Both the position numbers and the translations under genes were made by a program. From positions 60,772 through 124,771 of the forward strand of contig CAYRSV010000002.1 in assembly GCA_964427115.1 (NCBI GenBank): 64,000 bases of DNA. The letters are read 5' to 3'. Every line of letters begins with the position of its first letter. Position 1 is the stretch's first letter. The notes under the pieces were generated by a model, which worked only from the letters and a program-made list of their open reading frames with translations, had not been told where the DNA came from and did not search any database. Of this stretch, positions 40,253-49,856 are shown piece by piece. The DNA is from an uncultured Candidatus Bathyarchaeia archaeon. GTDB lineage: Archaea; Thermoproteota; Bathyarchaeia; Bathyarchaeales; Bathycorpusculaceae.

Positions 40253-41500
40253 TTAGTATATTTCAACTAGGTAGGGCTTTAGTTTAACAAAAACCTTTGT
40301 TTCCTCTCTTATTTTTTCTTCTGCTTGCGGTAGTTCGTCATTGTATGTATCCTTTATGAAGGCAGCTACTCGTCCTATCCATAAAATTCGTAATGCATCT
40401 AACAATAATAACGCGCTTCTTGGCTCTTTTTGTTCTTTATGAAACTCTGCAAGAAATGCATATACGGTTTTAGCCCAAATCTCAGAGGGAAAGTCCACAT
40501 CAGAAGTTTCAATGGCTTTAAGTTGTTCAAACTTTGCTTGAATTTCTTTGCTTAGTACGGATCTATAAATTGGGGTATAATTATCATAGCTGGCCTTAAA
40601 CGCGTTTATAGTATTGGATAGAGAGACATCAACTGGTTTGGGGGTAGTGTCATATTTTACTTCACAGACTTTTTCGGTTTCAGACAAGCCTCTGATTTCT
40701 TTCCAAGCGGATTCATATTTATTGATACAGGTAAACATGGTGCCTATTACTTGTCTAAACATGCCAACCAATTGGCTAGATGGATCTTTTGGGTCATGAC
40801 TTTTAACTCCCAACGGTGCCTCCTTAACTTTGAAGCCTTTTGCCAATGCTGTGTGGGTCTCAAAAATGTCTATGCCGAAACGGCTAACATAGGGGTAATC
40901 CCACATTGGAGAATTCAGGATTTCTTCTACAAGCCTTATTGAAAGCCCAAAGTCGCCGCCTATGGGTTGTCTAATATTTTTGCCGTAAAGTGTAGCCGTA
41001 AGTGGGTAGCATAGGAAATTTGTTATTGTTCCGTCGTATTTGCTTCGGTTATACAGGGGCGCTACAAAATCAGTTCCCGTTAGTGTAGGAGTAATCAGTA
41101 GTTTCATCCATTCAGGGGTAACGCTACGCAGGTCTGAATCAACTAGCGCCACACCTTTAACTTGAAGGTAGCGAGCTGCTTCAAAAATTGCCTGTACAGC
41201 TGACCCTTTTCCAGACGCTCCAACATAAATAGTCGGGATTAATTTGACGTTTGCTGATTGAATGTTGATTTGTTTCACTGAATTCAGGGTTCCGTCGCTA
41301 GAGCCACCATCTGAAACGAAAATTACTGATTTATAATTTGAGAAATACTTATCCAATCCTGCAGCAATTTGAGATATTACGTAGTTTGCAGTGATCACGT
41401 TATTGTAAGAGGGCATTCCAACTAGAATATCCGCTGTATCAATTTTCTGCAGCCATTCTGAGGCTCTGCTGGACGCTATAAAATCATAACTTCTATCCAT
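40253..41500 (-). CDS. GT-A fold (family 2-like) glycosyltransferase with helical C-terminal domain
   Basis: VGMPSYNN..VIFVSDGGSSDGT and ALVDSDLR (DxD-like) motifs. Confidence 0.7.
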   Translation of the reverse strand: MDRSYDFIASSRASEWLQKIDTADILVGMPSYNNVITANYVISQIAAGLDKYFSNYKSVIFVSDGGSSDGTLNSVKQINIQSANVKLIPTIYVGASGKGSAVQAIFEAARYLQVKGVALVDSDLRSVTPEWMKLLITPTLTGTDFVAPLYNRSKYDGTITNFLCYPLTATLYGKNIRQPIGGDFGLSIRLVEEILNSPMWDYPYVSRFGIDIFETHTALAKGFKVKEAPLGVKSHDPKDPSSQLVGMFRQVIGTMFTCINKYESAWKEIRGLSETEKVCEVKYDTTPKPVDVSLSNTINAFKASYDNYTPIYRSVLSKEIQAKFEQLKAIETSDVDFPSEIWAKTVYAFLAEFHKEQKEPRSALLLLDALRILWIGRVAAFIKDTYNDELPQAEEKIREETKVFVKLKPYLVEIY

Positions 41501-41698
41501 ATGACCTCTTCTCTAAACTCAGACCTAATCGCTTCTAAAAAATCTATCTAAACCTTAACGGCAGAGACAAATTCACAATGGAATAGCGCAATCTCATGGC
41601 TTCTTTTTATTCTTCTACTCTTGGTTAAATGTTAGTATAACTATTGTTAAAAAATATATTAATAACAAATATACTATACTTTTTCAGAGGGGAAAATC

Positions 41699-42538
41699 TT
41701 GGTAGATATTAGTGAACTTTTTGGGAACATAGCCGTTGATGTTGTCAATGCCATTCCGTTTGTACTTGCTGCGGTGATAATCATCTTAATTGGCTACGCT
41801 GTTGGTACTTTGGTAGGCAAGGCATCAAACAAAATCGTTGAAAAACTCGGTATTGAAAAAAGCTTTGATCAAACACTTACGGGAAAAGCCTTTAGATCTG
41901 CTGGTCTTGACTTATCCAACTTTATTGGCGCCATAGTCAAAGCGTTCGTTATTATATTATCAATAATTCTAGCGGTACAGACATTAAACATTGGAGGAAC
42001 CTTTGGTACATACCTCATTACAATAGCAGACTATTTACCAAGGCTTCTTGGGGGAATAGTAATAATTGTCTTTGGCACGGTATTCGTGGATTTTCTAGCA
42101 ACATTCATAGGTAGAATGCTTAGACCAATGTTTCCAGAAGCTAAAGAAGAAATTGCTGATATGCTAAAGAGTTTGCTACTAATTGGCCTCATAGCTTTCA
42201 TAATTCTGCTTGCACTTGATACAATGATGCTCTCAGGTAACACTATCTACCCATTAGTTCTTGGCTTTGTAATCATCGGTGCTGGTATAGCTTTAACTGA
42301 CACTCTTCTAAAATCAATCACAGATGATCATTCCGAGTTTAAGACAATAGCAGGCTACGCAAAATTCGTCTTATACAGCATATTCCTAATTATCGGCGCA
42401 GGTGCAATTTTCGCCACTTTTCCAGGAGTAACCGAAGTCATCGCCAACATATCTTGGGCTTTTGCTATTGCGCTCGCAATAATGCTAATCCCTGTTGGAT
42501 ACGCAATCGCTAAAAAAATTTCTAAAGAAACAACCTAA
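41699..42538 (+). CDS. polytopic membrane protein with repeated TM-helix modules
   Basis: 279 aa with several hydrophobic segments of similar design; TTG start. Confidence 0.65.
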   Translation: MVDISELFGNIAVDVVNAIPFVLAAVIIILIGYAVGTLVGKASNKIVEKLGIEKSFDQTLTGKAFRSAGLDLSNFIGAIVKAFVIILSIILAVQTLNIGGTFGTYLITIADYLPRLLGGIVIIVFGTVFVDFLATFIGRMLRPMFPEAKEEIADMLKSLLLIGLIAFIILLALDTMMLSGNTIYPLVLGFVIIGAGIALTDTLLKSITDDHSEFKTIAGYAKFVLYSIFLIIGAGAIFATFPGVTEVIANISWAFAIALAIMLIPVGYAIAKKISKETT

Positions 42539-42643
42539 CCTCCTTTTTTAATTTTCAGCGCATAGGGTCGTTTCTAAATGGTCAAAAAGATTAAGCGTAC
42601 CCTTTAGCTCATCATTTAGATATCTTTGTTTTTGTATTTTTGT

Positions 42644-43507
42644 TTAAACTTGCATTCGTTCCCAATGATAGAGATATTCCTGAGCATAGCCTGCGTACTT
42701 ACCAAAATAGCTTCGGCCGAAGGTGTTGAGCTGTTCGTAGTCGCTGCTGCTTAGCGAATCATGACTAGAAAGCTTCTGGTAAAGTTTTGCTGGAAGCTTT
42801 TCTGAGTAGCGATTTAGGATGACTCGCTTCACCCAGACATCTACAGGGAACGCTTCGGTTTTACCAAGCGCGAACAGTGAGACACAGTCGGCAACTTTTG
42901 CGCCAACACCAGGAAACTCCATCAGTTGCTTCTTGGCTTCCAGATACGGCAGCTTCTTTAGCGTTTCAAGGTCAAAACCTTCTTGGCAGACTCGTTTTGT
43001 GGTAGCCAGCACGTACTTTGCACGATAACCCAATCCGCAACTAGCCAAATCTATCTCCGATGCATCGCATAGTCTCTCGGGTTCAGGAAAAGTGTAAAAT
43101 TCGCGTCCATCATAGTTGACTTTTTCGCCGAATTTGCGTGCCATGTTATTAAGCATATGCCTGATTGCTGGTATGCTTTTGTAGGTTGCACAAATATAGG
43201 ATATGAGGCACTCCCACGGGTCTTGTCGAATAATTCGCAAACCCCAATATTGCTCGATAGCTTTGTTAATATGGGGATCTTTATTGATGCTATCAAGGAT
43301 TCTTTCTAAATCTTCATCCAAGGCAAAATAGTGCTCAACAAATCTTTGATCTATATTGGCATATTCAATTTTGTCTTTGACTTGACGGATTTTGAAGACT
43401 TTGTCGCGTGCAACTCCATACCACCAGCCTCCAAGTTTATCCCACCTGAAAACCTGCCCACAGCATAATGTTACATCAACGTAAAGCGGGATTCGCTCTA
43501 TCGTCAC
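42644..43507 (-). CDS. ogg: 8-oxoguanine DNA glycosylase / HhH-GPD family N-glycosylase-lyase
   Basis: HhH-GPD element MEFPGVGAKVADCVSLFALGKTEAFPVDVWVKR. Starts 2 nt after the EF-2-like stop. Confidence 0.85.
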   Translation of the reverse strand: MTIERIPLYVDVTLCCGQVFRWDKLGGWWYGVARDKVFKIRQVKDKIEYANIDQRFVEHYFALDEDLERILDSINKDPHINKAIEQYWGLRIIRQDPWECLISYICATYKSIPAIRHMLNNMARKFGEKVNYDGREFYTFPEPERLCDASEIDLASCGLGYRAKYVLATTKRVCQEGFDLETLKKLPYLEAKKQLMEFPGVGAKVADCVSLFALGKTEAFPVDVWVKRVILNRYSEKLPAKLYQKLSSHDSLSSSDYEQLNTFGRSYFGKYAGYAQEYLYHWERMQV

Positions 43508-43509
43508 TG

Positions 43510-45657
43510 CTATTTCTCCTCAAGAAACTTGCTTGGCGCTGGCACCTCTTCGGGCAAACCTTTGCGTGTCCTGACTTCCTTGATGACTTTAGGTTCCAGT
43601 TTCTCAGGTATGGTGTCCCAATGGTCCAATACGCTTTGCCAGAACGCTCGCCCAGAAGTCGCCGACCTCAACTCTTTGCTCAAATTGAGCGTTTCAGCAA
43701 CTGGAATAAATGCTGTGATCGTCGTTAACGCATTTTTCTGCTCAAATCCTTTGATTTTTCCACGCTTTGTACTGATGATTCGAGAACACTCGCCGGCTAG
43801 CTCAGAACTTACAGAGATGATAGTTTTGTAAATAGGTTCTTCAAGTACAGGTTTTGCTGTGAGGAACGCGCCGGAGATTGCTTTACCAACTGCACGGGTG
43901 ATTTCTAGCGGATTGCGGAGATCAATATTATCGCTGAGCTGCATATCCAAGAGGTTTACTCTTAAGTGCCGTATGGGTTCTCTGCAGAGCGGGCCGGTCT
44001 TGCAGGCGAATTCGAAGCCAGCGATAACTGCTAATAAGGTTTCTTCATCAAGCTTACCAGTTATACCCGAGCAATCTACCAGTACATTGCGAAACTCATT
44101 TACTGCAAGGATACTGCTACTCTCCTCAACTGTTAACGTCTGGTTAGGTGTTGCTTTGAATTCGAGCGGTTCAACCTGCACAGTGAATTGGTTCTGTCGA
44201 TTCGGACTTACAGCAGTTGCTACTATACTTCTCTTAGTGGCTTTTTCACGATAGGCAACCCTTGGCAAGGACGCCTCAATCTGCAGACCACTGTTGCTAC
44301 TTAGCTGGTTCAATGCAATTTCCAAATGTAGTTCGCCCATACCGCTGAGCAAATATTCGCCTGTCTCATTATTCACAATGGCTACCAAGTTGGGGTCCTC
44401 CGTAACGAGTCTATGCATGGCTTTGAGCATATTAAGTAGATCCCTTGGGTCCTTGGGCTCTATTGCAACTGTCATAACGGGCTCAGAAACATATGGTATG
44501 CTCTCAAACGGTACCATGCCCTTCTGGTGCTCTGCATCCACTAATGTTTCACCTGCTCTAATTGGACCTGAGAGCGCTAAGACGGCTATGTTACCCGCTG
44601 GAATATACTCAACCTCCTCACGGAACGAGCCCATTTGCACATAAACCTGTTCAACCGTAGCATTAGTTAAGACAGAAACAAGATGTAAACAATCACCCTT
44701 CTTGACTGTACCCGAAAAAACTCTGGCTGTGGCAATTGTGCCTCCTTCCGATTTAGGATGCACATTCGTTACGCACATAATCGTTGCAGCGTTATCATTG
44801 CATTCTGCCATAGCTATGCCTGCTTCAGTTTTCATGAATCCGCTCCAGATTTTCTCTACACGGTATGCTTGCGCCTGCTTAGGGTTAGGGATATTTTTTA
44901 CAGCCATCTCAAAGATTGCTTCTTGCACTGGAAGCAGCTTTTGCAGTTTGTCGTAAGATGCATTCTTGTATGCTTCGATAATGTCGCTGAATTTTATGCC
45001 CTTCCTACTGGCGATGCTTAAGGTAAATCCCCAGCCGTGCAGCGCAGCACCAAACGTGACATTATCTTTTGTAGGGTCAATTTTCCACTGTTCCTTGAGC
45101 GGTGATTCGCCGTAAAGTTCAATCAAATCATTAAAAGTTCCAATTATGTGCAGCAGCTTTTTTTCGATCTGCTCGATGTCTAGCTGTAACTCGGTGATTA
45201 GGCGGTCCACTTTATTGATAAAAAGTATCGGACGCACACGTTCTTCCAGCGCTTGCCGGATTACCATTTCGGTTTGTGGCATAACTTCCTCTACTGCATC
45301 CACTACTACAATGGCGCCATCAATAGCACGTAGCGCGCGGGTAACTTTGCCTGTAAAATCCACATGCCCAGGCGTATCTACCAGATTGATTATGTACCGT
45401 TGGTCATCTGCGGCTTTGTAGAGCAAGCTAATATTGGCGGTTTTTATGGTGATTTTGCGTTTCTGCTCTTCTTCCAAGTAGTCTAGGACTCGTGCTGAGC
45501 CTGCCATCGATGGTGGTAGCAGTCCAACACCTGCAAGCAGCGCATCCGCTAGGGTCGTCTTCCCATGGTCAATGTGCGCAATTATCCCTAGGTTACGTAT
45601 GCGCTCTTTTCTGCTCATTAGGCTCTGGATTTCGGAAGTTTGTTTAAATCTTGGCAT
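43510..45657 (-). CDS. elongation factor 2-like GTPase (divergent paralog, diphthamide His absent)
   Basis: G1 AHIDHGKTT, G3 DTPGHVDF, G4 NKVDR. The domain IV tip reads LSDNIDLRNPLEITRA, where canonical aEF-2 has H-x-D-x-x-HRG. Confidence 0.9.
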   Translation of the reverse strand: MPRFKQTSEIQSLMSRKERIRNLGIIAHIDHGKTTLADALLAGVGLLPPSMAGSARVLDYLEEEQKRKITIKTANISLLYKAADDQRYIINLVDTPGHVDFTGKVTRALRAIDGAIVVVDAVEEVMPQTEMVIRQALEERVRPILFINKVDRLITELQLDIEQIEKKLLHIIGTFNDLIELYGESPLKEQWKIDPTKDNVTFGAALHGWGFTLSIASRKGIKFSDIIEAYKNASYDKLQKLLPVQEAIFEMAVKNIPNPKQAQAYRVEKIWSGFMKTEAGIAMAECNDNAATIMCVTNVHPKSEGGTIATARVFSGTVKKGDCLHLVSVLTNATVEQVYVQMGSFREEVEYIPAGNIAVLALSGPIRAGETLVDAEHQKGMVPFESIPYVSEPVMTVAIEPKDPRDLLNMLKAMHRLVTEDPNLVAIVNNETGEYLLSGMGELHLEIALNQLSSNSGLQIEASLPRVAYREKATKRSIVATAVSPNRQNQFTVQVEPLEFKATPNQTLTVEESSSILAVNEFRNVLVDCSGITGKLDEETLLAVIAGFEFACKTGPLCREPIRHLRVNLLDMQLSDNIDLRNPLEITRAVGKAISGAFLTAKPVLEEPIYKTIISVSSELAGECSRIISTKRGKIKGFEQKNALTTITAFIPVAETLNLSKELRSATSGRAFWQSVLDHWDTIPEKLEPKVIKEVRTRKGLPEEVPAPSKFLEEK

Positions 45658-45746
45658 CTATCAACACGCACAACATAAGGACTGCCTTAAATGAGGAGTT
45701 CCTATTAATTATGGATTCATATACATTTTACTTTGTTGCTTAAAAA

Positions 45747-46526
45747 ATGACTACTGAAACAAGAGCGCCTTTAACTTTAACGTTGGAGCAGCTACGCGAA
45801 GAATCCTATGCTTCAGTTCTATGTTATCCTAAGCCTGTTGCGGACGAGCTGGAGAGCCGTATAGCGGAGCTAAAAAGACACAACGTAACTGCTGTCGAGC
45901 TTTCAGGAAAAGTTAATGCATACGGCATACCTGCACCTATCCTCGGCAAAGGTTATGTAGGCATAGTGGTAATCGCGTACGTTGAAGGACAACGTATCGC
46001 TTTGAAGATTCGCCGTGTTGATGCTGACCGTGCAGACCTGTACCATGAGGCGCAGATGTTAGAGAAAGCTAATACTGTAGGTGTTGGACCCAGATTTATA
46101 GGGGTAAGCAAGAATTTTCTGCTTATGCAACTTATTGAGGGTGATTTACTGCCTGCATGGCTTAATGTTCATAAGGAAAAGCTGCTTGTGCAAAAGGTCA
46201 CACGTAGTCTTCTTGAAAGTTGTTATCGTCTTGATAAGCTTGGCTTGGATCACGGCGAGTTAAGCAAGGCGCCTAAACATGTCATAATTGACCAGCAGCA
46301 GAACCCCTTTATTGTAGACTTTGAGACCGCCAGCGTTACCCGAAGAACCGCCAATTTACAAGCCATTTGTCACTTCCTTTTTACCAGCAAAGGGGAAGCA
46401 GGGCAAGCCATCTCAAAGGTTCTAGGTGAACGGAAAAACGACGAAATCGTCAAGGCACTTCAAGAGTATAAGAAAAACAAGACGCGCAGTAACTTCGAAT
46501 CGGTGCTGCAGGTCTGCCTAGACTGA
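45747..46526 (+). CDS. RIO/Bud32-like small protein kinase fold protein
   Basis: GKGYVGIVV..IALKIRR (Gly-loop plus Lys), LDHGELSKAPKHVII, FIVDFETAS (DFG-like). Confidence 0.6.
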   Translation: MTTETRAPLTLTLEQLREESYASVLCYPKPVADELESRIAELKRHNVTAVELSGKVNAYGIPAPILGKGYVGIVVIAYVEGQRIALKIRRVDADRADLYHEAQMLEKANTVGVGPRFIGVSKNFLLMQLIEGDLLPAWLNVHKEKLLVQKVTRSLLESCYRLDKLGLDHGELSKAPKHVIIDQQQNPFIVDFETASVTRRTANLQAICHFLFTSKGEAGQAISKVLGERKNDEIVKALQEYKKNKTRSNFESVLQVCLD

Positions 46527-46542
46527 AAAAGAAGTTAGGGAT

Positions 46543-47634
46543 TTATACAGCGATTTCATGTAGACGCTTCTGCAAGATGGCTTCTTTGATTTCTACTGCA
46601 ATGCGTTTGCCCATATACATGTTTTCGCCATATCGTAGATATGCATATGGTGAGGTGCCGATGCCGACATTAGTGCCTGCGACGATGCGTGCGCTGATTT
46701 CAAAAGTGTAGATTTTGAGGTCTTCAGTTATGACTGTTTCAAGGCAGAAAGGTCCTATGATGCCTGGTGGGGCTAGTTCTTGGGCTTTTTTGTGGACGTT
46801 GTCGCCCATGCGCATGATTTCGGGTAGAAGTGATTCTCTGAGTACAATGGGGAAGTTACCGACTACAGTGTATGTTGGGTTGATGTCAATGTCAAGTTGC
46901 TGGTTTGCTGGAATTTTGCCTATTGAATCGACGGCTGATTCATATCGCCTATCCATTGCTAAAAGCTCTACATCATCTTTCATTATGGAACTAAAGTAGC
47001 TTGGGTAAACATTTACACCTAACGCGTATTCTTGCAAGTGTATTTTGTCTAAGTCGCTTTCCTGAAGTAAGCCTCGTTTGACCATTTCATTAAATTTGTT
47101 ATAGAACGCTTTAGGTGAATCAGCTAGGAAATATCCTCGTCCGCCTTTTGCGCCGGGCAGCTTGGCGATGATTAGCTTGTCTATGTCTTCGGGGGTTTTG
47201 AAGGTGGCTGGGAGTCGGAGTCCTGCTTGACAGAGCCATTCTTCCTGCTCTTTGCGGTCAGCTTCCCAGTGGAGCAGCTGGCGATTTCCGTACATAGGTA
47301 CCTTGAGACTATTGATTAGTTCATCAGTGCTTAAGTACGCCGTGAAGGAGCCATGGGGAATCAGGATTACATTGAGTTTGTGTAGCCTCTCCTGAAGTGC
47401 CTCGTTTAGCAGTTCAGAGAAGTCTTTTACTATGATAATCTCGTCTACTAGAGGGTACTTTTGATACATAATGGCGTCTTTTTCTTTGCAGATGCAGACT
47501 GTTCGGAAGCCTTCTTCCTTGGCGCCTTTGAAGATATTCAAAGAAGAGTGGGAGCCTAAGGTGCCGATGGCGATTTTGCTTTGGTCATATTTTTCTAGGA
47601 TTTTACCGATGTCCGTGGTTGTATTAGTTGTCAT
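46543..47634 (-). CDS. purP: FAICAR synthetase (formate-dependent), copy 1
   Basis: IGTLGSHSSLNIFKGAKEEGF N-terminus and ATP-grasp-like C-terminal part typical of archaeal PurP. Confidence 0.85.
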   Translation of the reverse strand: MTTNTTTDIGKILEKYDQSKIAIGTLGSHSSLNIFKGAKEEGFRTVCICKEKDAIMYQKYPLVDEIIIVKDFSELLNEALQERLHKLNVILIPHGSFTAYLSTDELINSLKVPMYGNRQLLHWEADRKEQEEWLCQAGLRLPATFKTPEDIDKLIIAKLPGAKGGRGYFLADSPKAFYNKFNEMVKRGLLQESDLDKIHLQEYALGVNVYPSYFSSIMKDDVELLAMDRRYESAVDSIGKIPANQQLDIDINPTYTVVGNFPIVLRESLLPEIMRMGDNVHKKAQELAPPGIIGPFCLETVITEDLKIYTFEISARIVAGTNVGIGTSPYAYLRYGENMYMGKRIAVEIKEAILQKRLHEIAV

Positions 47635-48725
47635 GTTACCACTTCGGCGAGTCTGCCTTCTTTGATTGCTTTTTTGATCTCCATGGCGACTCTTTTGCCT
47701 GGGCCAACTTCGGTGCCATATTTGTATTTCATGTAAGGTGAGGTGGGTTCAACGCAGGGGCAGCCGGGTACACGTGGGCTTACGTCGAATACGTAAAAGT
47801 CTAAGTTCTTGGTTATGGCTCCCTGTAGCGCAAAGAGACCTATCATGCCTGGTGGGTAGTGTTTCTTGCAGGTTTCAACGAACTGTTCGGCGGCTTCAAA
47901 GATTTTTTCAATTTGGCTTTCCCGCATGGTGGCACCCATGTGTCCGATTTCGATGTTTTGACTAGGTATGTTTAGTTCTAGTTGTTCTTGTGCCGGTAGA
48001 TCTAGGATTCCGTCTAGGTCGGTTTGTATGCGTCTGTCAAAGCCTAGAAGGTCAATTTCGTTGGTTAAAGGTGACCAGAAGAGGTTGGCGTTAAATTTGG
48101 CGCCTATTACGTATTCTTCGATAATTGCTTGATCGAGGGCTTCTTGAGTGATTATTCCTTTGTTAATGCGGTCGTTGGCGTTTTTGTTAAATTCCGTAAG
48201 GTTAGATGCATAGAAGAAGGCACGTTCTATTGAGCGTTCTTTTTCGGGAACTTTTGCAATAGCTAAGCGGTCTATGTCTGCTGCTGATTTGAAGACTTTG
48301 GGTGTTTTTATTTTTGCTTCCTGAAGTAGCCAAAGTTGGTTTTTGGGCGTGTTACGCTCTTCTGTCCGTAGCATATACCTGTTGCCCATTAATGGAACAG
48401 CAAATTTGTTTTCGATGTTTTCGTAGCCTGTATATACGCTAAAGCTGCGGTTAGGTACAAAGATGGTGTTAAGGTCTGTTAATTGCTTAACGTTTTTTTC
48501 GCTTGTAATTTCGGAGAATTTTTCGAGAAGCAAGGTGTGGTCGAATAGGTTGCCATAGTATTTAGTGTATGTTTTTTCTCTGCCTTTTTGGCAAACGACT
48601 ACGGTTTCGAAGCCTTCTTGTTTGGCGCCTGAAGCAATCTCTAGTGCCGAGTGGCTGCCTAATACGCCGATACGGATTTTTTTAGGGTCGTATTTTTCCA
48701 AGACTTGCTTGATTTGATTTTTCAT
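47631..48725 (-). CDS. purP: FAICAR synthetase (formate-dependent), copy 2
   Basis: IGVLGSHSALEIASGAKQEGF. Paralogous to the downstream copy. 4-nt overlap. Confidence 0.85.
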   Translation of the reverse strand: MKNQIKQVLEKYDPKKIRIGVLGSHSALEIASGAKQEGFETVVVCQKGREKTYTKYYGNLFDHTLLLEKFSEITSEKNVKQLTDLNTIFVPNRSFSVYTGYENIENKFAVPLMGNRYMLRTEERNTPKNQLWLLQEAKIKTPKVFKSAADIDRLAIAKVPEKERSIERAFFYASNLTEFNKNANDRINKGIITQEALDQAIIEEYVIGAKFNANLFWSPLTNEIDLLGFDRRIQTDLDGILDLPAQEQLELNIPSQNIEIGHMGATMRESQIEKIFEAAEQFVETCKKHYPPGMIGLFALQGAITKNLDFYVFDVSPRVPGCPCVEPTSPYMKYKYGTEVGPGKRVAMEIKKAIKEGRLAEVVT

Positions 48726-49795
48726 TATACCTTTTCTCCCATAAACTGTTTATACTCTTTTATGACATCAACCAGATGCGGTGCGTTGAATAGCTGGCAT
48801 CCGGTCATCTCATTAGCTGTGGCAATGTACATTTCGCTAATAATTGTCCGCAGCTTGGGATCTAGCTTAGGTGGCTGAGACTTGCACAGGGGCTTCCAAT
48901 CTTTGGTGCCCTTTGCTTCAGCGGTTTTCTTTGCTTCTTCTAAATCTTGGTACCATGGGGTCTTCTTGTAGAATTGGCGGGCTACCTCTTTGCTAACGTG
49001 CAGGCCATCATAAGTGAATCGGCACTCATCTAGTGTGCCTACAACATCGACTACCATGAGGCGTCTTTGATCATCAAAGGCAAGTTCAATTTTGCCATCT
49101 TCATTTACAAGCCCTGCGCGGGCGGCTATCTCAGTGATGAGTTCGTTAACTTTGCTCAAGACCTCTTTGATTTGGTCAAGTTCTTGGTCTGTTAAGCCTG
49201 TGATCTTTTTTGCTTCTTCCCAAGATATGTAGCGGTCAGTTTGTTCAAGTTTTGTACTAACATCAAATATGGGTTTGCTGAAGCGCTCGCCTGGCTTAGG
49301 GTAGTGTTCTAATCCTAGGTCTTTAAGTGTGGTTTTGCCTTGTTCGAGGCGTTTGAAAACGCTGGAGCCTTCAGGAAGACCGTTTCTGTAAATAATTTCT
49401 AATGGAATAAGGCAGTTTTTTAGTTTAGGTGAGTATGCACTGTAGTCATATTCAAGTTTTCCCTGCTCATTTATTCGAGTTTCAGGGCGATAAATGTTGA
49501 CGAGGTGGACTTCCATAGTGTTAGTTGGCTGATTTACCTGTTTAAAGGGTACAACTTTCCCGTTTATGTCTACTAATCCTCTATAGTGGGTTTTGATACC
49601 TTTTTCCTCTAGGCGCTCAAAGCAGTAAGCCCCCATAAGGCACAGTGCTGCGCCTTTACCTGGAATGTGGTCTGGCATTTCGCCCCAATCAAAAACACTG
49701 TACCGGTCTGAAAAACGGAATCGTCCTACGCCCATATTTTCTGGGGTAGGGTTCTTTATTACTTCTAGGTCTTTGACACTGCCCATAGTTAACAC
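48725..49795 (-). CDS. purC: SAICAR synthetase (long form)
   Basis: GSVKDL, FSDRYSVFDW motifs. 356 aa; overlaps purP by 1 nt. Confidence 0.85.
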   Translation of the reverse strand: MLTMGSVKDLEVIKNPTPENMGVGRFRFSDRYSVFDWGEMPDHIPGKGAALCLMGAYCFERLEEKGIKTHYRGLVDINGKVVPFKQVNQPTNTMEVHLVNIYRPETRINEQGKLEYDYSAYSPKLKNCLIPLEIIYRNGLPEGSSVFKRLEQGKTTLKDLGLEHYPKPGERFSKPIFDVSTKLEQTDRYISWEEAKKITGLTDQELDQIKEVLSKVNELITEIAARAGLVNEDGKIELAFDDQRRLMVVDVVGTLDECRFTYDGLHVSKEVARQFYKKTPWYQDLEEAKKTAEAKGTKDWKPLCKSQPPKLDPKLRTIISEMYIATANEMTGCQLFNAPHLVDVIKEYKQFMGEKV

Positions 49796-49856
49796 TTCGT
49801 AATTGCGAGTTTCTGAGTGGAAGTAATCTGTTTAAGCCTATATCAGTTTATTTCTT

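Noticed and set aside
43529-45421. A series of plus-strand ORFs within the EF-2-like gene, and similar antisense ORFs in nrdG, cysS, the ACD-GNAT gene, hdrB, mvhG, mvhA, aor, ppcA and the LLM gene.
   Set aside because: All are fully nested antisense to genes with strong family motifs. None has a motif of its own.
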